DNA of 63,566 nucleotides, the filler included, from Phoronis australis (Eukaryota > Animalia > Phoronida): NCBI GenBank assembly GCA_002633005.1. It is 6 parts of 6 records of this genome, joined end to end, with 100 filler letters (N's around TTAATTAATTAA, not from the genome) between each part and the next. Parts side by side here need not be neighbours in the genome. Positions count along the whole stretch, not along the records: positions 1 to 21,475 come from NMRA01000123.1; positions 21,576 to 46,127 come from NMRA01001129.1; 4 more parts are not named here. The stretch is one strand, 5' to 3'. The notes beneath the pieces are model-generated. The model ran no database searches. It saw only the letters and a list, made by a program, of their open reading frames with translations, and was not told where the DNA came from. Positions within the stretch are counted from its first letter, which is position 1, and every line of letters begins with the position of its first letter. Positions 12,818 through 24,500 of this stretch are shown here, piece by piece. A program made the translations under genes and the position numbers.

Positions 12818-12924
12818 CAATAGTCGGTTATAATGCGCCCATATTTTGAGAACCAGTTTGATGCCCGTTACTCAATGGAGAAAACTAATTCTCAAAATGT
12901 GGGCACGTTATATCTGACCATTAC
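12818..12924. mobile_element. ~100-bp palindromic mini-element, copy 2
   Basis: gcccatattttgagaaccagtttg...aaaactaattctcaaaatgtgggc hairpin. Confidence 0.7.
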
Positions 12925-14483
12925 CCTGTTAAACATAATTTCCACTTTAAGTGGCTATAACCCTCCACCATCTGTCAAGCAAATAGTATACAAACAGTAT
13001 ACAGCCAGAAAACTGGTCTCCGCTTGTAACTTCCTCAGATCAGATGTGACTTCTGGGATGAGAAAAGAACTGACAAGTTGTTACTGCTTAAGAGCACGCC
13101 CACTGTACCATGACAAATCAATTTATTTTACTTGTTCTTAAGTAATAATCAAGTATCTGGTCAGCGCTGGTCCAGAGATCACCTCTATTCTAAGGGATGA
13201 ACAAGTTGGCAGCAGCTATACAATGGTAAGTTGTCTAAACTAAATATGATGGATGTAGGGTTTACATAGAGCTGCTTTAAATAAGATTTGTCTTTCACCA
13301 AACTTTATGCTCAACTCCAGCCTAATAGCAACCTTTGCCATATATTTAACCTAGTAAGTACTGTGTCTAAATATTAATAGAATTCTCAAGTACACTTCCA
13401 AACATAATACACATATTGCCATGACTGAAGTGACTCCCCTGACTAGCACTGATCAATTTAGCTTTCTCATTTTATACTTTCATACTAAAGAATTCAGTCA
13501 CTTTATATGTAGCAGTCACCATCACATAATCGAGTGTTTCTACAGATCAACCGTAACAAAGAATTACAGCTAAAACATTACTCAAATGCATTTTTTTCAG
13601 TACAGCATGCCTCCTTTGAATTTCTTATAACCCTGTATCCTTATAGAGGGAACATGATACATGATCTACACTTTACCAGGAGTGTGAAAGCCACTAGGTG
13701 GCACTAGTGAAACCATTCCCTACCTGTATATATGCATGGATTCATGAAGTAAAATAAAATTTTGTGGAACTTATCTGACTGATGAACAGCTTTCTATAAA
13801 TCGTAATTTCAACCTCAGCAAGAGGAACTAGTCTTAGGGTCCTGCCACACCAAAATCATTCTAATAACAACCACAGGTACATATTTTTATTACAGTGAGT
13901 TTTGGTGCCAGTGGTGGGTACGAGGAATAGATAGATTCAAGAGACTGTGGTCTAAATTCTTGAGGAAATGGCTACAAAGGTGCCTCAAATGTGACACTGT
14001 TCATACCTTTCTTTCAAACATTCTACAATGCTTAGTCCATATTCCTGTTTGGTGATCATAGTGAGAACTATTGTGGTGTGACAAGGCCCTTTGTCAGCGC
14101 CATCTGGTGAACACCAAGTCTTCCACTGTCTAACAGCAAATCAAATGCATAACAAATCAACCCTGTATGCACATACCCTCAATGCTAGATAGTGTACGGT
14201 TCAGCTAATTAATGAGAATTTTAAATAAACAATTATGTGTTCGTTACATGCATTGTTGTATCTGATATGTTTAAAGTGACCATAAACCCGCATTCTATCA
14301 CACAAACAGCTTTAGATTTAGCTCATTTATAATGATGTAGTTAATCTCAAATTGAGCCTTTGTCAGCATGAAGATGATGTCAGGGCTTAGATCACAAAAG
14401 CAGTTTGTTATTGCTGCTTGAGATTTGGTTCTACAAGTTGACTTGCTATAGTGTATCATTTCACGCACTGAGCATGATCTCAA

Positions 14484-14616
14484 CATGGGCAGCGCAGCAC
14501 TGAAAAAGTGGGGGCTATAGCCCCCCTGTGGTGCACCGCCGATAGATCATGGGTGGCGCAGCACCAAAAAAAAGTGGGGCTATAGGTCCCCAGCCCCATA
14601 TTACGCGCCGCCCATG
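14484..14616. mobile_element. Short hAT-like MITE (internally duplicated) with 5-bp TSD CTCAA
   Basis: ctcaa|CATGGGCAGCGC ... GCGCCGCCCATG|ctcaa. Confidence 0.75.
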
Positions 14617-16250
14617 CTCAATGAATAACAAACTCTTGTCAGTTCTTCGTAAACTCAGAAATCACTTCACATAAAAGAAAGGAACAAGTCAAGACCAATT
14701 TTATAACAGTGAACAATTTAAATAAAAATTTTGCTTCTTGGATGAAACGTAGGTTTATAGTCCCTAAAGATGGCTCCAGTCTGCGAAAGACCCCAGGCAA
14801 CGATATGACATGGACGGGCATCCCTTAACTTATTGTTAACCTGCCACTAAAGAGGCACCTTGGTAGTCATGCAACCACCTATTTGGCTGCTGTGAAAGCT
14901 ACAAACTAGGGTCAGCTTGTCTTGCCAGGGACACATTTTTGAGGTTTTTCAAATGAAATTTTACACGATTCTACTGCTGACTAGACTTGGAAATGTTTGC
15001 AATGCTACTTATAACCCAATTGTAGTTTGTTGTTCATTGATCATTTCTAAGACTACATTTACCCCTGCTTGAAACTGGTAATCATAATTTGATCTAATTA
15101 CTTCTGTAAGCAAACACACAATCCAAAATAAACAGTCCATTTTTAAAGTTGTTCAGAATCTTTTTCATAAAAGACAGAAAATAAAAAAGTAACATGCAAG
15201 TAAGTAGACAAAGCAAATGCTAGTCTAGTTGATACGATTTAGGATTACTTTTTAAAAGAGATTAAAAATGAGCAAATAAGCATAAACTCTCAACACTTAA
15301 TACAATAATGAGGGAAGGCGAAAAGTTGACAAAAATCTTAGCTAAATCATGTCCCTTCTGACACGAACCAGAGATTTTATGTAGTCTCTTTTAGGAAGAA
15401 GAAATCTATTATCACGTCAGAGGGATTGTTCAAAACTTGAACGTCTTGACTGTCTTGCAAGTGCAAGAGAAATAACACTGAGATGCGTTGCGCAGATGCA
15501 AGGAAGTCGCGAAAACATAAGAACATTCAAGTCTCCACAAGATAGCGCCATTCACTATAAGAAAAGCACGTGATCACACCAGCTTTTCTTACAAGTGTCT
15601 TGAGTCTACAGAGCAGACATCACAGTGCCAGTTTGTACACAGCATAAACCCCACCCGAATCTAATTGTTAGAGTGGAGATGACTAGCTCATAGGCACATA
15701 CAGCAAAAGATCACAAGTACATTTCCTGTAGATGTTATCCCATGCTTTCAGGGCGTTGAAAAATAGTACAACGCAATAGGAACGATGAGTGTGACGTCAC
15801 TGTACTGAGGTAGACCAAAAGATTCCGCCATCTTGGGTCTAATTTAAGCCACTTCTCCATGGGAAATTACATTGGGTCAAATTTGTAACTGGAGAATTAC
15901 CAATTGATTTCTGCTTCAGAAAAACTTGGTCATTGTGATAATCTGTACGGTTCATAGACTCTGTCTTATCGACTTCATATCATAAAGTTACCCAAATTAG
16001 TTGAATTTTACCTGACGTATGAACAAATGTATAAATGAAAGTGATAAGGTCACCATCATATTGTTTGTCCCAATTCAGAGTGGTTCTTAGGGGCATGACT
16101 TGATCACTTTCTCTCCCTATTATATAGTTAATCCATAAGAAGACTGTTCATTCTAAATATACCTAAAAATTCCCAAAAAGACTCCGATCAGGATAATAAA
16201 TAATTCATTAGCTGAAGACTAGTAATAAAATGTTAAAGATATAATGATGA

Positions 16251-16656
16251 TCAGCTGAACTCTTCTCTTTCGAAAACCAATTCCACAGCATCCAAAACAT
16301 TAGCAACTGAGAAACTAGGAATCTTGAGATCTGTGTTTGTGAGAAAGTCTCTGTGATTGTGATTGAACACGTGTTTATCTCCCCTGCGTGAGTATTCGCG
16401 GGCTTGGTCGTACACACCAGTGTGTACGAGAATAGAATCACAGCTGTAAGCACTCTCCGAGAACTCGTAGTCTGTTAGAGTGACCGTCTGATTGGTTTCG
16501 CCGTCACTGCTAGTCACAACTTCCATTGAGTCGTTGGTGACCGCGTGAGTTTGTCCCATGGTCTGGATGAGTTTTTTGGCATTAGCCTGCGGTCGTTTGT
16601 TTTGTAAGTAGCGGTTGTAGAGATTCGCACCATAGATATCAGTCTCAGGATTATCT
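16251..16656 (-). CDS. HDHD5: Haloacid dehalogenase-like hydrolase domain-containing 5, last coding exon
   Basis: (G)DNPETDIYGANLY...SILVHTGVY...HNHRDF...NVLDAVELVFEREEFS*. Contains HAD class IIA motif IV GDN..D and an HDHD5-type C-terminus. Confidence 0.93.
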
Positions 16657-16713
16657 CTGCAGAAAGAATGTAACAAACTTCTTTATAAAATTAGTGCATA
16701 CATGGACGTTTAA

Positions 16714-17001
16714 GGCCAAAAAGCCTATTTGGTTCTGGTCTCTATCCTAACTCAGATGCAAGTCCACTGACAAAAAAAACAAAAAACAAACGTCCACATA
16801 CATCAATTTAAGTTTTTGAAAAGTTTTCAACGCCGCGTTTTGCCAACCAACGAATAAAATAATTCCCGCAACACTTTTGCTTTGACATCTCGGGTGTATT
16901 TTCTTTTTTCAAAAAAAAATGAGCAACTAAAAATACCACACCTTTCCACTGACTCAATTTTCAAAACGAGTAGAGACCAGAACTAATCTGCTTTTTTGGC
17001 C
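16714..17001. mobile_element. Kolobok-like MITE (TTAA TSD, GG..CC termini) in the last HDHD5 intron
   Basis: ttaa|GGCCAAAAAGC...TTCTGGTCTCTA ... TAGAGACCAGAA...GCTTTTTTGGCC|ttaa. Confidence 0.75.
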
Positions 17002-17366
17002 TTAAATTGACGTTGTCCCATGATTGACCACAGTGCAGTGTCCCTCAGCAATAATTATAACACTTACTCTGTGGTGTGAGTCACCTGTTCACACACACCA
17101 TGAAAAACGTGACATGGGGAAATTTTCAAGATTTCACTAGGTTCTCTGGCCAAAAATTTACCCTATTGTGTTTGCCTATTGTATTTTACTTCAGGTTTTA
17201 AAGTAACCACACACGATGTAATATTGGTCATGGTCAAAAATGGACTCTCCGTAGGGTATTTTGAACACAAAATGGACTGATTGAACATCCACACATACCC
17301 AACTTCAACGGAATATCCTCGGAGTATCTCTTTTTACCCATATCATAACACTGACAAAGATCTTAC

Positions 17367-17509
17367 CCAATACAATAGATTCTCTGGACTGGTCCTTGAC
17401 ACCCAATAGATTTGGCGTGTTCGTTCAACATGAACTCAGCGTGGTGATAGGTCAGTTCACTCGGCTTACCAATCAGAGCAGTGTATTTAATATGCTTTCC
17501 TGTTATTTT
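17367..17509 (-). CDS. HDHD5: HDHD5 penultimate coding exon
   Basis: KITGKHIKYTALIGKPSELTYHHAEFMLNEHAKSIGCQGPVQRIYCI(G), including the GKP motif III. Canonical splice sites. Confidence 0.93.
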
Positions 17510-17600
17510 CTGCAATAAAATGAAAGGAGATCATTAGAAACCAGGAACATTCCATGCCATGGTACCTTACACTTAATCAGTGGTAAGAGACACTTACAGG

Positions 17601-18017
17601 GGTCACACTGAGAGAGCTCATCTATTCACAGTCGATAAGTATGTACCTTCCTACTTAATGTTTTCGATTACTGAATACTGTGATAATCTCGAACTGACTG
17701 GAACTAGTGTGTGACATCACAAGGGTGATGACTGAGCGCCCTCTTTGATGTAAACAGACTCCCTTATCCATCTGGAGGGAAATACGGCAACCAGTGCATG
17801 AATAGAGACTGTGGTCAGTTCCAGCTGGACCCCTCATACACTGCACTGCTCAGGAAAATGACCACAAAGGGTGCTCATCATTACGTGGCGTCATTCGTGA
17901 TGTCACACACTAGTTCCAATAAGTTTGAGAAAGACCACAGTACTAGACAGTCGAAAACGTTAACTAGCAAGGTAGGTACATATCGACTGTGAATAGATAA
18001 ACCCTCTCAGTGTTACC
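17601..18017. mobile_element. Foldback element with ~140-bp imperfect inverted arms
   Basis: ggtcacactgagag...tctattcacagtcgata...ggaactagtgtgtgacatcac mirrored by gtgatgtcacacactagttcc...tatcgactgtgaataga...ctctcagtgttacc. Confidence 0.8.
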
Positions 18018-19321
18018 AGACTCCAATCGGATGAAATTGTTTAGTGACTTATAGCGGTCCCTGATTTTGAGAAACAGTTTGATGCCTGTTAGTTATTGGA
18101 GAAAACTGGACATGAAAATGGGAAAGCCTGTCAGTGCCCATTACTCAACCAGTAGCTACATCAACCCTTGGAATCATGAAAGCTAATTCAGAGCTCCCAT
18201 TGTGTGGTACCAGCAATAATCTTAATTAGTAATATCTTCATGGCAATAAAATACAAGCTGATATAAACTCAAATATGAAAAAAATACTAATTTTTTATAA
18301 AAAATCGGCTTACAAAACAGATTTCCGGGTAAATGGTCTTTAATATAATTTTCGCAAAAGAAAGACAATAAATTTGAGTTTTGGTTACTCTTTGAGGCTG
18401 GGTAAATGATCAAGACACACGTTGCAGTATATTACTGCACAGCACACTTAACAAAAGATGATACCAATAATATTGACCTGTGAAAAGCAGGATCTGCATT
18501 ACTCGCTAAAACAAGAGACAGCTGTTACATGTAACATCTGAACACTGTTGAGCTGATGATAAACACTGGCGCATCTCAAATATATCATGAAAATGACGAA
18601 AGGTCTCTTCAACCACATTTTTTCAAAAAAAAAGATTGTAAACCCAGAAATCTAGGCACTTTTCAAATCCTTGACCACTACAAAAACATTATGCGCTTGA
18701 ATTTCTGTTTGTAGTCACATGGCCATGTTTTTTTGCAAAAAAAAAATTCACTCAGATTGAACTTTAGAATTCCATTTCTGTACCCTATTGTCTACAAATT
18801 TAAAGGATATAGGAGACTAATTGTCAAACCTAATTTGTCAGGAAACTGCATGCCCAAAATGAAGACTTTGACAATCAGTGAAAAGTTCAGAGCTCTTTCT
18901 TTATATCACAAACACAACATGCTAAAGTCATACACGGCACAACCTTTAAAGAACATTTTTGGAATACACCTTGAGGAGAATTTGGATACAAGTTCATTGC
19001 CCTGGGACACTTGTTCGGAAAAAATGCGTACAGGTGTGTCACCATGAGGTCCCATTTCAACACTTATGAAGTCACCCATATCAATACCAAAACTCTTGAA
19101 ATATCCACCCATTTCAGTACCAGATTTTAAAAAGTGACCCCTTTTGATACCAAAATTGATGAGAATCCATTTCAGCGCCACATGGCAGAGTGCCCTTCAA
19201 GGTTCACTACAATGCTTCTGTTCCTAGATTCACCATCACAAATCGCTCTAGTATGAGGCTGGCAATTTTGATATGGCCTTATTCAATCTTCAACATAAAT
19301 ACTGTCATTAAACACTGGTTA

Positions 19322-19678
<357 letters not shown>

Positions 19679-20641
19679 TCAGGCCTTTAACTTCTTAACA
19701 GTATAGGTGAGGGCGGCTCACACCCACCAGCACCAAAAAACGCCAACTAGTGTTGGATGGAAGCATGCCTCTGGCTAGCAGGGGACTTGAGAACCGACTG
19801 GCCACTAGAAGGGACTCTGCCAGGTCTTCTCATTTCTCCTCCACCAAATCCACATTGACGCTACCTCATCTAGAGTATGCATCTGTCTAACAAATCGCTT
19901 CTTGTCAAGAGAAGAGCTAGGAAAGACTCTTGCTCCAACTTTGACAGCGAATAAATTGACACTCGACAATTATAGACCAGCAATATAGCCTTCACATAAT
20001 TAAATCTGCAAACACGTAAGAAGTGAACACACACATAAACATAAAATCCTTTGCTACAAGTTGTGAGTGATGTCAACAACATTCCAATCATACAAACTGT
20101 GATATTACTCCCTTTTGCAATGTTATAACTAATGTTACCGAGAATGTTTGAGAATCACGTTGACAGCAACTTCAATTGATTATGAACACGAACCCCATGA
20201 TGACAATACTATTCAAGAGAATGAAACAATTTGCTGGAAATCCGTGATAGTGTACAAGAGGCTAAGCTCTCTTACATCCTTCATGTCTTCTCATCAATAG
20301 ACTGCTTACACTTCGTGGATATACTTAGCCACTCACCCAGTCACCAATGTGATTAAAAAGGCACTGGGCGAGCAGCACGTTCTCAGCATAGTTAGAATTT
20401 TCACTGCATCCTAACACTTTTTCTGTAGAGTTAAAAGGACTCGATTGTCTATTCACTGTCGGGGGTATTTTTATTTTGACATTATTGTCGTCACTAAACG
20501 GCAATAGACACGTTACTGAAGCATCATAGGAAATAATTTTGTTTTTAAATTAGTTATTTTCAACATGGTAAAGGCGTGGAAATTACAATTTTAATGAACG
20601 CTGAATCAGCGACATCACATCCTAGTAAGCAGGTTCTCAGT

Positions 20642-20978
20642 ATAGTCATGTTGTTGTAAACGGTACTTATCCCCAGACCACAGTCATGTTGGAAACGGGA
20701 CTAATCCCCAGACCATAGTCATGTTGTTGTAAACGGTACTTATCCCCCGATCATAGTCATATTGTAAATAGTACTTATCCCCAGATCATAGTCATGTTGT
20801 AAACAGTACTTATCCTCAGACCATAGTCCTGTTGAAAACGGTACTTATCTCTAGATCATAGTCATGTTGTAAAGGGTACTTATCCCCAGACCATAGTCAT
20901 GTTGTTGTAAACGGCACTTATCCCCAGATCATTGTCGTGTTGTTGAAAATGGTATTATCCCCAGATCATAGTCACGTT
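20642..20978. repeat. 35-38-bp minisatellite (catagtcatgttgtaaacggtacttatccccagat)n, ~9-10 copies
   Basis: Visible tandem units, varying by a ttg triplet. Confidence 0.92.
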
Positions 20979-21475
20979 GGACTTCCATTCTGTGCCGTAA
21001 CAAGGATATTTTTCAAAAGAATCCGTCTTTTGTCGCAGTCACAGCTTCATTCAGACTTTTAGACAGGCATAATGAGGTCACGCGGAACTGTTCAAATGAC
21101 CTATTTTCATGTATGGTATATGCAGATTTGACTCACAGTCACAGCATCATAGACCAAACTGAACAATAAGAATGGCTAAGAATGTTTCAACCCAATAATT
21201 AAGAGTCCGTTGGCGTTTCATGCTCTTTGCACATTAGTTCCCTCGATGCAAATGATTTTTTTCACACTTGCAAACAGATTTTTTTCATGATCAAAGTATC
21301 AGCACGACACTTTCTCAAGCAAGACGTTTTTTGTCTTAAAATCAAAGAACTGTCTTGGCACATTCCAAAGTCACACCTTATCACTACAACAACATCGATG
21401 TCTGAGTGAATAGCGCGCGAATTTTATTTCCTGTGTCTCTTAAAATACATCAAAGAGTATCCGCAAACATGATGC

Positions 21476-21575
21476 NNNNNNNNNNNNNNNNNNNNNNNNN
21501 NNNNNNNNNNNNNNNNNNNTTAATTAATTAANNNNNNNNNNNNNNNNNNNNNNNNNNNNNNNNNNNNNNNNNNNN
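21476..21575. other. Artificial scaffold-joining spacer (44N-TTAATTAATTAA-44N)
   Basis: Identical 100-bp structure with six-frame stops, also at 46128-46227, 50415-50514, 53092-53191 and 60858-60957. Confidence 0.97.
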
Positions 21576-24500
21576 CGAAAGCTACAAAAGTTTAGCAACC
21601 CAAGAACTCTCAACTTGTCTGAAACCGGAGGGGATTTCGAAATCAACGCCGATAGCCCCAATACTGAACATGACGACAGTCGTGCCCTCGGTCACACGGT
21701 CACTGATCATAGCTTCGCTGTATTTACAAACGAGAGAGAGGACTTGCTTGGTATTATAAAGCAAAAAAATGAAACACGGTTTTTAGTTTGCAAATCACTC
21801 CAACTGCACACGCTATCCAGCCCCCTCAAGACAAGCCTGACCACAAGCTATCCCATGAGCCTTCGCGCAGGAAGTAACTCGCACATGCGCAATGCGTAGT
21901 TCGTTTGCGCTGCAAATCCGCTATTGCTAGAGACCAGACTAATAGTGTGTGATTTTATACACACAGCATGGTCTCAAGGAATAGAAAACTGTCAATTCGT
22001 TACAATTCCAGAAATCACTTCCCATCTGGATAAGGAACAAACTGAGCAAAGTTTATAGAGGTAAATGGTCTAAATCAAAACTTATTACCTCATGGACAGA
22101 AGGTTTACAACCCAGGCAGAAAGATAAGTTAACAAAACCAGCCTAACTGCAACAGGGGCTCAAATTTCAGCAATATAAACCCATTTACAAACAAAAATCT
22201 ATAATGGTAAATAAAATGCGGAAACATAAATTCATATCAATTATGCATCTTCAAGGAAAAGGAACAGTACAGTGGTCAGAAATCATCTAAATGTGATGGC
22301 CATCCTGTCAGAACAAAAAATCCAGTGGCTAAACAAAATAAACAATGTACCATTACCATGTGGCCCAGGATCATGATCCGTGCCTGGACAAAAATTCAGT
22401 CAAGGTAAATTTTAGATTTGTGCTGTCCACACAAGCAGTTCTGGTGCAAACAAAGCTTGCGACAACACACAAGCCTAGTTCCCTACGCAGCTGTGCTGAC
22501 ACAATAATGCCCCCACTGGATTAAGCACATCAGCCAGAGTACAGCATTTACAGGTCCAGCCATTGTACTGTTTCCTCCCTTTGAATTTTTACAATGCTAC
22601 ATCCTTGAAAATCGCAGATTGACTCTTTCAATGCATACTCCACTTCCTCTGTCCCAGTTAATTTCCCCACATTTGCTGAGAGTGGCCTATCTCAACAAAT
22701 TACTTTGGACCTGTTGTGGTATAAGCCAGTAATCTTTGGCAAATACTTTTTCCCCGACTCGTTCCTCAAGCTACAAATTCTCTTTGACATATCTTCTGGG
22801 AGTAAACTTTTCGGCCTCTCTCTAGCCCCCTCACTCAGTTGTCCAGAAGGGTACTTTTTTGCTGGTTGTGAACTTCCCATACCCAACCTTTACTAATAAT
22901 CGGCAGTTCTCCAACTTCAGCAGAAGCCACTTTTTCAGCATAAGCCTTTCCTGATTCCTAAAATTGTATTTAATGAAAAAATTAAACATATTAAATTTAA
23001 TGTGGCCATTTCGGCTCAGAAAATATGAATACCAAGCTAAAGTGAAGGCACCAATATTTTTGACGGCTTTAGCAGAAATTCATTGGCAGACATAACATAC
23101 TCCCTGCTCTCTAAAAGTAGTTCATGGGCAAAAGTCGTGTTACACATTTGGTGGTTGTTATGAAAAGTTATGATGACTACCTATTTTCTATGCCAATGTA
23201 TACATGTAGTTGCATAAACATCAACAAATTTGAATAAGATATAATTAAGCAATAAGGCCCAAGTTATAAACAATCACGGTGTGTCAATAAAAGTATTTTT
23301 GCATGAATGACGTGCTTCTAAATATTCCTCAGGGTCAGACCCTGGAGTTTAGTGATTCCTACCTGAGCTCACACGAAGCAGGACGTTGAACCTTGACTTA
23401 ATGTCTTTGGTCATTTTTCAGACCTCTAATCAGATTTCTCCTCTAGTGTGCAGTGGATGTACTCAGTGTCTTTGGCGACGCCAATATATCTCGAGTGTTG
23501 TAACGATGATTCGGGCAAGTGAATCTAATACGGTAGATTAAGTAGCTCCTGCTGCACAGCTGCCTCCGAGGCAGACACTGAGACAGACTACTTCTCAGGA
23601 GGACACGTTCCACCTCCACGTCAGCTCCACGTACTGTTATAAGGTGCTCAAATGTCTCGCTCTATACCTTGTGCATTTCCCAAGAGTTTCCAAAGTTGTT
23701 TCTCTCCGCATTTTGTAGAAATACCACATTCGATGATGCTGGCAGTGCCAGAAAAATAGATAAATTCGCAAACCCGCACTTTAGGTCAGCCATCATTCAA
23801 CTAATGCATTGTAAGCTTTAGTTTGGTATTCAGACGAGTTGGATGAACAAATTTAGAATAATTTCACATTTTAGTGGCAAATTCTAGCGTCCTTAAAATT
23901 AATCAAAAACATTTAAGCAAACCAATTCTTTTAAATGTAATTGTTGTATTATACTACGGCATATTAATGCGTAGAAACGGCACACATCTAGTGACTGGTT
24001 TAACATGACAAATAGTGAAATTCAGACACCTATCACCAAGCCTGCCTGAAGGGCTGACAAAGTTTTTATTGTATTAATTTCAAGAGCATGGAGTTCTCTA
24101 CATGTACACCAGACTTGTAATCTTTTGTAACCATACCATGACTTAGTGATCATGCTACCTTCAAAATTAAATGAAAGTTACCTTTATGGTATGAAACTAC
24201 AAAAAAATGCCAAGTTCATAAGAAGGTAGGCCTAATTTAAATGTCTTAATGGTGCAAACGGACAATGCCATAGGCNGCTGCAAGCAAAATGAAACAGCAA
24301 AAGCGTGAGGAAGTATTGAGTTCAGTAACTAGGAACGGTAGCGGAAGAGGGGGGGGGCTCAGACCCCAGATCGCAGCGGAATCGTGTTCCTGTTTTTTTT
24401 AGTCCACCGGTAGATTTTCTGAACAGAAGGTCCAACGGTCTACATCCCTTTCGGGCCGCCTTTGCACGTACAATTGCACTTTGCCCAATTCCACGAGGCA

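Noticed and set aside
13143-13876. Possible extra + strand exons (13143-13225 with gtaagt donor; ~13819-13876)
   Set aside because: No homology, no start/stop context and no link to a gene model.
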